Shown: piece by piece, positions 24,901 to 34,919 of the stretch | Position numbering within the stretch: position 1 is the stretch's first letter | Layout of the letters: every line of letters starts with the position of its first letter | NCBI GenBank assembly: GCA_004431415.1 | Contig: QPMI01000593.1 | Location: 62,001 to 126,000 of the forward strand | Source: Cyanophora paradoxa CCMP329 | Taxonomy: Eukaryota > Plantae > Glaucophyta | Length of the DNA stretch: 64,000 bases | Direction of reading: 5' to 3' | The notes under the pieces: generated by a model | Databases searched by the model: none | What the model saw: the letters and a program-made list of their open reading frames with translations, nothing else | What the model was told of the DNA's origin: nothing | Position numbers and translations under genes: made by a program

Positions 24901-27900
24901 AGGGCGCCAACGTTCAAGACGCGGCGTCGCTGATCGCAACGAAATCCGGCCGTGCCCTGCTCGAATCATCGTCAAATGACAGGCACGACCGATCGCCGGA
25001 GGCGTTGAGTGAAGCAAGACTTCAGCAATCGAGCTCAGTCAACATCACTGCAGCTGCAACGCCAGGCAAGGGCGCCGAAGCTGTCAGAAGCGACGACGCA
25101 ACCGCCTTATGGCTACCAGAGACGTGCAGCGTGCCGGCAGATGCAGGCCGAATCCTGGGCGGGCGGACCATCAATGTGTCGGGCCGCGATGCGGAGGACA
25201 AGAACCGCGCGGACGTTCGTTTCGGGCGTCGGAGCAGCGCAGCGGACAGCCCGCCTGCGACGGCATCCTTCAAGCGGGACCTTGAGACCGCGACAGCGGC
25301 CACGGCGAACGCCGTCCCCTCGCTCGCTGCAACAGTTGCGATTCCATTATTCAGCGCGGGCAAACGGCCCGCACCGGCGGCCGCGGCGCCGGCTGCGAGC
25401 AATGGCGACGGCGACGGCGCGGATCTGCTGTTGGCCGAGTTCAGCAAGGCGACGCTGCAGAGGTCGAGCGCTACCGCGTCGACCTCGATCTCCAATGCTC
25501 GCGTCAGTGGAGAAGAATCCGGCGTGTTGCTGTCGGCGTCACGCAGCGCGCCAATGGATGCGGACCCGAGCCGCGGCGGCCGGACCGTCAATGTGTCGGG
25601 CCGCGATGTGGAGGACAAGAACCGCGCGGACGTCCGTTTCGGGCGTCGGAGCAGCGCAGCGGATAGCCTGCCTGCGACTGCATCCTTCAAGCGGGACCTT
25701 GAGACCGCCACAGCGGCCACGGCCAATGCAGCCCCCTCGCTCGCTTCAACAGTTGTCATTCCGTCACTCAGCGCGAACAAAGCGCCTGCACCGGCGGCCG
25801 CGGCGCCGGCTCCGAGCAATGCCGGTGGCGACGGCGCGGATCTGCTGTTGGCCGAGTTCAGCAAAGCGACGCTGCAGAGGTCGGGCGCCAGCATGTCGAC
25901 CTCGAGCCCCGACGCTCGTGCCACCGGCGACAAATCTAGCGTGTTGCTGCCGGCGTCGCGCAGCTCGCGAACGGATGCGGACCCGAGCCGCGGCGGCCGG
26001 ACCGTGAATGTGTCGGGCCGCGATGCGGAGGACAGAAGCCGCGTGGATGTCCGGTTTGGACGTCGGAGCAGCGCAGCGGACAGCCCGCCTGCGACCGCAT
26101 CCTTCAAGCGGGACCTCGAGACCGCCACAGCGGCCACGGCAAATGCAGTCTCCTCGCTCGCTGCAACAGTTGCGATTCCATTATTCAGCGCGGACAAGGC
26201 GCCCGCAGCGACGGCCGCGGCGCCGGCTGCGAGCAATGGCGGCGGCGACGGCGCGGATCTGCTGTTGGCCGCGTTCAGCAAGGCGACGCTGCAGAAGTCG
26301 AGCGCAACCGTGTCGACCTCGACCCCCGACGCTCAAGTCAATTGCAACGGCGACGAATCCAGCGTGTGGGTATCGGCGTCGCGCAGTGCGCCAACAGATG
26401 AAGGCCAGAGCCACGGCGGCCGGGCCGTCAATGTGTCGGGCCGCGATGCGCAGGACAGAAGCCGCGCGGACGTCCGTTTCGGGCGTGGGAGCAGCGCAGC
26501 GGACAGCCCGCCTGCGACGGCATTCTTCAAGCGGGACCTCGAGACCGCCACAGCGGCCACGGCAAATGCAGTCTCCTCGCTCGCTGCAACAGTTGCGATT
26601 CCATTATTCAGCGCGGACAAGGCGCCCGCAGCGACGGCCGCGGCGCCGGCTGCGAGCAATGACGGCGGCGACGGCGCGGATCTGCTGTTGGCCGAGTTCA
26701 GCAAGGCGACGCTGCAGAGGTCGGGCGCTACCACGTCGACCTCGACCCCCGACGCTCGCGTCAACGGCGACAAATCCAGCGCATGGCCGCCGGCGTCGCG
26801 CAGCTCGCCAACGGATGCGGACCCGAGCCGCGGTGGCCGGACCGTCAATGTGTCGGGACGCGATGCGGAGGACAGGAGCCGCGCGGACGTCCGGTTCGGG
26901 CGTCGCAACATGGCATCCGATGACGAAATATCGAGAACTGTGAGACAAGCAAGCGTAACTCCTCTCGGAGCTCAAGGCGGCATCCCATCGATTGCTTCTG
27001 CGCTCGTGGAGCCGTTGGTCCCGTCCAGAGCGAACGATTTGCAGGTCCTCGAGACGCATTTGGAACCAGCCGCAGCAGCAGTGCACGAGGCGCCGTCAGT
27101 CAAGAAGTACAGCACGCTTCACGAGGTCGACGAGTTGCTGGCCGAACTCAGCAGCAACGTGGTGCGGCGGCCGAAAGCTGGTCCCGACAACACCCGCAGC
27201 AACGTTCCACGACCGGAGACGGAACGTGCACCGACGGACGCGGACCAGAGCCGAGGCGGCGCGCGGACCGTGGCTGTTTCGGGTTGCAATGCGGAGGAGG
27301 CGAAGGGTCGGGCGGAGGTCCGGCTTGGCAGTCGGACGGCAGGCGCGATCGAGCACGATCGGCCGGCGCGCAGCTCCGCGCAGGACGCTCTCGTTGTTCC
27401 GCTGCTTGCAGTCGACCCGGGCTCACGCAACGACGACGACCGCCTCATCGAGCTTGAGTGGAAGAAGATGCTGCACGGGTCGGATGCCGATCGCGAAGTG
27501 TCGGCAGAGGCGAAGACGGCGACCAGCGAGGGCTCAAACTCGTCTGTGACTGCTCTGGAGCTCCGTCGCGACCCATCGGCGCTGCAGAGCATGTCGACCT
27601 CAGCCCGTGACACCCGCGCCGTCGGCGACGGCGACGACGTGTGGCTGTCGGCGTCGCGGCGCGCGCCGACGGATGCAGACCAGGGCCGGAGCGACGCGCG
27701 GACGGTGAACGTGTGGGGCCGCGATGCGGAGGACAAGAGCCGTGCGGAGGTTCGGTTCGGGCGTCGCCCGGTGGACGAAGCCGACGCGCGGCCGTCGGCG
27801 TACGCGCGCACCGACGACGCGCTCGTGGTGCCAACGCTGAGCCCGAACGACAACGACGACGAGGAGCGCCTCATCGAGCTGGAGTGGCAACGCTTGGTGC

Positions 27901-30364
27901 GCGGCAAGGGCGGCTCGGCCGGCGCCGGCGCCAGCGCCGACGCCGACGCCGATCGCGAGATCGATGGCATGCTCGCGGAGATCATCGGGACGCCTATCCG
28001 CGGCGCCGCGCCGGCGCCCAAGAGCGCGGCACCGGTCGCTCCGCAGTCGACGTCGACAGGCGCGCCCGAAGCCGGCGCAGAAGACCCCGATTTCGGGCCC
28101 TCGCGCCGGTATGGTCCGCCGGGGTCCGACGCGGCCGGAGAAGCTCGTGCGAGATTGGTCGATGTGAGCGCGCGGAAGGGCGCGAGCGATCGCGACGGAC
28201 GCGTGGAGGTGCACTTCGGGCGCCGGTCGGCGGCGAACGAGTCCGATGGCGGTCGATCCCTGGCCACCTTCAGCGCGCTGCCGCGGCCGATCTCCGTCCC
28301 CGTCCTGGCGCCGCCGGAGGACTCGGATGGCTCGGAGGGCAAATCGGCAATCGGCCTCGAGTGGAAGCGCGGGCGCGGCACCTGGGACGATCGCGAGGGG
28401 CCCGGCAAGGGCGGGGGCGCCGGCGGCGCTACTATATCCGTTCCGGCGACCGCCCAGCCCAGCGAGGAGGTACCCGGATTCACCCGCACCGGCCGCCCAA
28501 CCTTCGGCAACGGGCAGGCGGCGGCCCCCGCCGGCGCGCAGGCCGCCGCGGGGCCCGCCGCGGCGCCGACGGACGTCGGGTTCGGGACGTGGAAGAAGGG
28601 CCAACCGCCCGCAGCTGCAGGCGGCGAGGGGCAAGCGCGCGGCGACGCGCGGGCGGTCCACGTCGCCGGCGGCAGACAGCAGCAGCAGACTCGGCCGGGC
28701 CGGTCGGACGTGCGCTTCCTGCACCTCAAGAGCGGGGACGGCGACGGCGTCAACCGGTTCCGACCGCCGGCGCCCGACGCGCTGGTGCACCCGCGGCCGA
28801 TGGCGGGCGGCGTGGTCGTGCCCACTCTGGCGCCGGCGCAGGCGGAAGACGGGCGCGAGGCGTCCGTTCCCTTCGACTGGCGCAGGGCGGGGCGGGTGTG
28901 GGACCCCGACGCCTCCGACGGTCCGGAGCAACAGCCGCCGGCGGCGCCGAGTGCGGCCGCCGCGCCGGCGCCTGGACCGGATGAGAGCCTGCCCGCGTTT
29001 ATCCGCCTGAAGCCGCCCGCCGGCCCCAGGCCCGCCCCGCCGCCGCCGCCCGCCGCCCCGCCCGCCGCAAGCCCGTCGGGCCCGCCGAGCTCGGCCGGGG
29101 CCCTGGATGCACCGCGCGCCCCCACCTCCGGCGGAGGGTCCGCCGAAGGACGCGGCGCGCGGGCTCGCGCGCACCGTCAGCGTGGCGGAGCGTGCCTTGG
29201 ATCAGGCGCGCCCCGGGCGCGCGGCGGTGCACGCGCACCGCGGCCACGGCCAGCGCTCGGGCGGGGAGGCCGGCCCGCGGCCCGCGGGCGCCGCCGCCGG
29301 AGCCAGCGAGCGGGGCGCCCAGCTCGACCCCTTCACCGTCCTGCGCAGGCCGCAGCCGGCGCTCAAGCCCCCGACCGCGGCGCCCGCGAGGCGCAAGCCC
29401 AAAGCGCAGCCGGCGGCGGCGGCGCGGGCGCGTGGCCGCCCCCTCCGCCCCCGGCGGCGACGGAGGAAGACGGGGCGGGCGACGGCGACGCGGTGCGGGG
29501 TATGCGGGCGACGAGTCGGGGGCCCTGCTCGTGTACGACGAGCTGGCCCCCGTACCCCACTTCCACTTTGTCCGGCGCGCGCCCTCCGTCTCCACGCTGG
29601 CGGCCCCGGCCGCGGCGAGCCCGGGCAAGCAGCCCGCGCCGCCGCGGCGGCGGCCGCCGCCTCCACCTGGGTCGCACCGGCGCCTGCAGCTGCCCCCAGG
29701 CCTCCAGTCGCGCCGGCGGGCCCCGCGGACAAGTCGGCGCCGCGCGAGCGCGGCCCGGCGCGGAGGAAGGAGGTCCGCGCGGCGGCCGATCCCGGCCGCG
29801 CCGGGCGGCAGGCGGCGGTGAGCGTGCGCGGCGCAGTCGCAGGCAGCGGCGTCCGCCCCGCCCGCACGGACGCGGCCCAGGAGGCGGCCGCCTGCCGGGC
29901 CAGGGCGGCCCGGGACACCGCAGTCCCTGCAGGGCCGCCGCCGGCGCCAGCGGCGCGCGGGAGGAGGAGGAGGAGGAGGGGCACAAGGGGCTGCAGCGGG
30001 CGGGCTCCTGGTCGGACCTTACTCGGCACAAGCCGCCGGGCGACGAGGGCCGCCCCGTCTGGCCCCACCAGTCGGCCCCGGCCCCCGTTCCCCAGCCGGC
30101 CCCGCCCGCCCCGCCGGCCGCTGCTGCAGCCGACCCGAATTCGAGCCCAAATCCCGCGCCCTCGGATCCGAACCCTGTACATGTGGCGCCGTCCGGGCCA
30201 GTGCCGCTGTTCCAGTCTCGGCCGCCCTCGGCGGCGGCCCTCGAGCTCGCGGGCCCTCCGTGCCGGCCGCCGGCGCCGCCGGCTGGCTGTGGGCCAGCGC
30301 CGGCCCCGCCGCCGGCGCGCTGGAGATCCACGTCGAAGACCTCGAGGACCTCGAGGATTATTAA
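3991..30364 (+). CDS. Giant single-pass cell-surface protein: beta-propeller (NHL-like)/Ser-Pro modules + Ser-Pro stalk + REJ-like region + GAIN/GPS + 1 TM + repeat-rich cytoplasmic tail (polycystin-1/adhesion-receptor-like)
   Basis: Hydrophobic N-terminus ([27 protein letters not shown]) and an RQLLQ motif. Repeated propeller-like exons ([19 protein letters not shown]; GLAYS; IAVD..LYIG). SP tracts. REJ-like exons (ELRYTLQ; [23 protein letters not shown]; VAVQDKFGA). GPS WSSCG..GACNHLT|[27 protein letters not shown] then RRRRK. The likely true end is ..[14 protein letters not shown] at 30364 (the track ORF ends 30398). Several apparent 1-nt frameshifts. Confidence 0.75.
5990..6450 (+). repeat. 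Ser-Pro linker minisatellite (36-bp [12 protein letters not shown] units)
   Basis: Repeated CCCTCGCCAAGC/CCAACCCGCTCG units in ORF 5907..6731. Confidence 0.85.
6450..14050 (+). repeat. Four near-identical ~1.89 kb tandem units (propeller exons + introns + SP linker)
   Basis: The same ORFs recur at 6777, 8659, 10556 and 12450 (periods 1882, 1897, 1894). Introns are copied too. Diverged paralogous modules flank the array at ~4300-5990 and ~14100-15900. Confidence 0.97.
15930..19082 (+). repeat. Ser-Pro (extensin/HRGP-like) coding minisatellite: 42-bp T(A/E)[12 protein letters not shown] units then 18-bp SPSPSP units
   Basis: Unit ACGG(C/A)GACGCCGAGCCCGAGCCCGTCGCCCAGCCCGTCGCCG runs to ~18250, then (AGCCCGAGCCCGTCGCCC)n to ~19080. 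Confidence 0.97.
23480..23642 (+). other. GPS autoproteolysis motif of a GAIN domain
   Basis: WSSCG...GACNHL-T-SFAV once intron 23572-23629 (GTGCGT..CCTCAG) is removed. Matches the canonical C-x-H-L/T-x-F-A. Confidence 0.85.
25161..26910 (+). repeat. 417-423 bp coding tandem repeat (~139 aa) in the cytoplasmic tail
   Basis: The GR(T/A)(V/I)NVSGRD..D..R.DVRFGR unit starts at 25161, 25578, 25995, 26418 and 26835. Degenerate copies flank it from ~24380 to ~29880. Confidence 0.95.
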
Positions 30365-31461
30365 TAGCCCCTCTCTTAAAGAAACGGGCCCGGGGTAAAG
30401 GAGAAACCCCCGTCGGTAGTAGTATTACTAAGTAGTATTATCATTTGTATTTCTGCTTGCATATATAGCGATTTATACCAAGCCTTACAATTGAAGGAGC
30501 ACGTCGACGGACACAGATCTAGAAGAAACCTTGTAATGAGAGACTGCGGATGGGGACGGCCTCCCCCCCCCCCCCCCCCCCCCCCGGGGGGCTCTCGCCA
30601 ATCGGCAATATTAATGACCGTTTCACGGTGTGTCACTACTGGTAGTACTGTTACTAAGTTAACGTTACTGTGCAGTGTTTACGCGGTCACCGGGTTAGGT
30701 TTCGAATTCCAAGTTTCTTATTGAAGTACTAGTACTAGCTAGCTATAGTGTGTCACGTCGACTCACGTCACACATGACTTGTGAGTCAAGTTGTGACTCA
30801 GTTGTGAGTTGTGACACGAGTCACATGCACTGTCACAGTGTTAACGTTGCTAATTATAATAATTGTTATGGAACCGTCCGGGAGTTCGCCATCTTTTGAA
30901 CAGATCTAGACGTACGCTTGGTTCGTTGAACAACTTGCCAATTGCAAGTTGCAAGTTTTGTATTGTACGCCTCCAGAACTTAGAAGTTTGAACTATAAAA
31001 GTCTATAAAGATGCAGTATACTAAATATTGTTTTCGCGAGCTGTGCACTATTGCTTTGTTAAAAACGTTGTCCTTAATATTACTCAGTACTCTACGGCCC
31101 AGGCTACGGGGGCCGCGGTTATTACTTATAACGCGTCATTAGCATGACGTTATAACGTCATTCGTTATAACGGTGACCGCATAACGACAACCATCATGGC
31201 ATGCGGGGCCTTGCGGGCAGACTGCCGCAGTACTAGTGGGCGCATCGCCGCGCATGCTGCACTGCCGCAGTGCAGCTGCAGAGCTCGAGGCCCATGCCAA
31301 TTTTGGTAGCGTACGTACTGTAGAATGCAAAATAGTTATTATGGGGGATATTTTTATTACTAAAGTTGCGAGGCCGCTCTAATAAAGATTTTAGAGTAAT
31401 AAAGCAGTGCTGCGAAGAAGGGGTACACCCTTTAACCTCGTCGCGATCGGCGCCCTTCTTC

Positions 31462-33100
31462 TTTTTTTTTTTCAGTAATCCCTAGTGTACATGTATTAGG
31501 GGACTGGTGCCCCAAGTTGACAAACAGCTAATGCTATCTGCCTACCCTAGGCCTAAGCCTACAAACACACGACAAGTCTAGCTTACCTCCCCCCTATTGG
31601 GTCTCCAGCTAGACTAACCCCGAGGGAATCTCCCTACTGCGAGCCCTACCCCCTATAGCTAAGGCCACTCTTGCGGCCCTCGGTGGGGCCTCCCCCAGCG
31701 GCCGCGCGAGCGCGGCCATTGGGGGGGTGGGGTTGGGGGTGGGGAGCTGGGGCCGGAGAGTTTATTGGGGCAGGGCCCCGGAGGATTTATTGCGCACCGC
31801 CTCTGCGGTGCGAGCGCCGCCGGGCGCGGGGCCCCCGGGGGAGGGTTGGGGCCCCCCATCCGGCGGCGGGTCCCGCCTGCAGGCTGCCAGCGGCGTGGCA
31901 GCCTGCACCTGCGCGGGCGGGACCGGACCTGGCGCGGGCAGGCAGGCCACGCCGAGGGCCTGCTCTCCTCCAGGAGTGGGCCTCTCAAGCGCGAGCGTGG
32001 CGTCAGCCGGCGCGCGCGGGCAGGGAGTGCACACTTTGGGCTCAGGGTCTGTAGCCCAGCGGGGAGAGGCCGAAGATGAGGAGGGACTGGATGAGGTCGC
32101 CGCGGTGGAGCAGGGGTGGTACCTTGGGGCAGAGAAGGGGGTACGGGGCTCGGTGGAGGCGGCGGTGACGGCCCAGGGGTGTAGGCAGAGGGGACATCGG
32201 TCTGGGGGCGGGAGTGCCTCGGGGTGGAGCTGGCGCGCGCGGGCGGAAAACTCGAATGGGGGCGGTGGTGCGGGGACCGAGGGCGGTGCCGGCGGTGGTG
32301 GGGGGCCCGGCGGCGGGGGCGCGGGGCTGGCGGGCGGGGGCCGGTCTTGCAGTTCGACGGGTGACGGCGGTGTGGGGGGTCAGAGAGGCTCGCCGAGGCG
32401 GGGGGTCCGGGGGGGGCGGTCCTGTGGATCAGGGGCTGGGACAGCCGGACCTGCACGTCGGGCTCCGCGGTCTCCACGTGCAAGAAGATTGTTGCGGGCG
32501 GAGGTGAAGCCGGCCGAGTCACGGAGGGCGGCCAGCTCACGCTCGCGGCGCGTGAGGCGGCGGGTAGCGGGGCTGGGCTGCGGGGAGGGGAGGAGGCTGG
32601 GGTGTGGGGGGAGGGGCTGGGGGAAGGGGGGGGAGACGGGGCCGGGGGACGGTGGAGGGGCCGGTCGGGCGGGCGAGGGGGAGGGGGCCGGGGGTGGCGG
32701 AGGGTCCGCTGGGGGCGGGGGCGGCGGGGAGTCCGGAGGGGGAGGGGGCGTACCCGTTGTTCCCGTTGTTCACGTACGTGACCGTCGAGCCGAACTCTAT
32801 GATGCCTACAACCTGCCAAACGCAGAGTCGGCTCGAGAGAAGCTGGCCCCGATTCTCCGCTGGCTCCAGCTCGAGCGCCGGGAACGCAACCTCCCCTCAG
32901 ACGACCCCACCGCCTGGCCGCTTGCATCGGCCACCAGGTACCCCATCCCCGAACAACGGGACCGCTTCAGCTTATTTGAGCGCAGTGTATGTGCGTGGCC
33001 CGTGCCACGGTGGGCCGTGGGGGGGGGGTCGGGGGCGGGGGGCAGCCCTTGCTAAAGGCCGCCGCGCTAATAAAGCTCTCAGCGCCAAGTGGCCAAAGGT
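31462..33100. other. Unresolved G-rich unit with overlapping long ORFs on both strands and an A-tract at its minus-strand 3' end
   Basis: T11 at 31462-31472. Minus ORF 32927-31659 stops ~190 bp before the A-tract. Plus ORF 31727-33055 is followed by AATAAA. No RT or transposase motif recognised. Confidence 0.3.
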
Positions 33101-33189
33101 AATATAAAGGTAATATACTAGGTAATATAAAGCGGCCAAAACCCCGGACTAATAAATATTTCAGACTAATAAAGTTTTGCATCCTACAG

Positions 33190-33585
33190 TAGTAAAGCGC
33201 AAATCGGGCCCTTTGCCAAGTTGGAAGTTAACTACAACTTGGAACGCGCTAATTTGTGACGTCGACGCGGTATTTACCGTAAAACACAATAATATGAGTC
33301 TTATTATATGACGGTCAAATTTATGTCGTTTTAAAACCGGATCCTTCTCTATGCGAAATATGAGTCATTATATGACGTCCCCAAATTATGTCGGCATGAA
33401 ATTTTCAGGCGCTTGTATGGGACGGTAAATTTGATGGGGTACCACCGTACCACTGAGCGTGCCCTACTATGACGTTCCCAAATTATGTCGTTATCTCACG
33501 CGTGAGAGGCGACATAATTCGGGGATGACATAATAAAGTACAGACCTTAATATTCTGCATTACGGTAAGTCTTACGTTTACACGG
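33190..33585. mobile_element. Truncated copy (one end) of MITE family A, interrupted by MITE B
   Basis: GTAAAGCGCAAATCGGGCCC..TTGGAACGCGCTAATTTGTGAC..GCGGTATT|TA|AGTCTTAC..ACGGTA aligns with 49935-50006. Confidence 0.8.
33277..33565. mobile_element. MITE B, Tc1/mariner-type (CCGTA ends, TA TSD), nested in MITE A
   Basis: TA|CCGTAAAACACAATAAT...AATATTCTGCATTACGG|TA. Imperfect TIRs and internal AATTATGTC/GACATAAT repeats. Confidence 0.75.
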
Positions 33586-33984
33586 TAGTTCAACGGGAAC
33601 TTCAACGGTAAGTTCAACCGTCTTCAACGTGAATTCGAACGGCCCCGGTTCCAATCGCGGATTCGCCTGCAGCTGATCGATATCATGATCATAATTAGCG
33701 ATTAATAGCGAACATACCTTGGACTTCATTTGTTTTTTTCTCTTTCCGGATCGCCGCGGCGCCGGCGCGCCCGGCCCTTTTCGATCGGATGGGGCTGAAT
33801 CAATCAGAATCACGAAGCGTCGACGTCGACGTCGAACTCTCGAAGTCTTCGTAGCATCGAACGCTTGAACTTGATTCGATCATTTAATTATGAAATCAAC
33901 TGTAAGTGTCAAATTCACTGCCTCTGCAATACATGCGTAGTTTTTCCACGCTTGGGTACGTGAAAACAATCTTGAGCTTCCGCG

Positions 33985-34270
33985 CGTGGCACTATAAATA
34001 CCGCGCTTGCTGAATTACCGCGGTACCAAATTACCGCGCCGAAATCTTGACTTACCGCGGTATTTTGGCTCTGCGCATGCGGTAATATATCCTGCTGTCA
34101 AGTTGCTCCATACAGTACCCCCCGCAACCCCGCAACAAGGCTGAAAATTGTAAAACGCTGGAATTGCCAAGTTGGTACCGCGGTATTCTGGCCATGCATG
34201 GCCACCTTCGAATTCGGGTCAGGGACCCAGGGTCGACGTTTACCGTAGTACATTAATGCCGCGGTAATAC
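33985..34270. mobile_element. Degenerate MITE A-related remnant
   Basis: Repeated AATTACCGCG / CGCGGTA subterminal motifs shared with 34687-34919; no clean termini. Confidence 0.45.
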
Positions 34271-34382
34271 GTATACCGGTATTATAGAGTCAGTGACGAT
34301 CGACTCATTGACGATCGACTCATGATCATTGACACTCATTGTCGAGTCATGATGAGTGATCACAGTCGACAGGTCACAGTGA

Positions 34383-34495
34383 CATCACTGATTCATGCAT
34401 GGGATTCATGGCCGCATCAGTGATTCATGCATGGGATTCACTGTCTGCACGTGTGAAAAATGCATCACTGATTCATCAATGGGATTCATGGCCGC
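34383..34495. repeat. Three copies of a ~32-bp unit CATCA(C/G)TGATTCATGCATGGGATTCATGGCCG
   Basis: Copies at ~34383, ~34415 and ~34463. Confidence 0.8.
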
Positions 34496-34686
34496 GGGCA
34501 TGCGCGCGCCGCGCGCGCGCCGCCGGCCCGCCGCCGGCCCGCCGGCCGTGCGCGCGCGCGCGCGGCGCGCGCGCGCCCGGCGCCCGAGCCGGCCGGGGGG
34601 GCCGGCGCGCCGCCGGCGCCGGCGCCGCGCCGCCGGCCGGCCCGCCGGGCCGGCCCGGCCCGGCCGGCGCCGCGCGCTCACTACTA

Positions 34687-34919
34687 CCGTAGACGACTTA
34701 AATACCGCGCCACATATTACCGCGTTCTAAAATTTCGCGCTACCAAATTACCGCGTTACCGCGCTACCAAATTACCGCGTTCCATCGTCTTCGAAAATGT
34801 ATTATTTGTTAGCAAAGGGGGTAATACTGCGCTACCAAATTACTGCGTTCTAAAAATTTTGAGCGCGGTAATTTGGCAGCGCGGTAGTTAAGTCAGCGCG
34901 GTATATAAGTCGTCTACGG
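34687..34919. mobile_element. Intact MITE family A (233 bp), Tc1/mariner Tc2-like ends
   Basis: TA|CCGTAGACGACTTAAATACCGCGC ... GCGCGGTATATAAGTCGTCTACGG|TA: 24-bp TIR with 1 mismatch, TA TSD, internal CCAAATTACCGCG repeats. Confidence 0.93.

Noticed and set aside
7125-30300. Frameshifts in the receptor gene (e.g. ~7131, ~12088, ~12152, several in the SP tract, ~29130-30300) as pseudogenisation or phase variation
   Set aside because: Where a sister copy allows comparison, they are mostly single-base losses in G/C homopolymers, typical of long-read consensus error. They cannot be called biological without reads.
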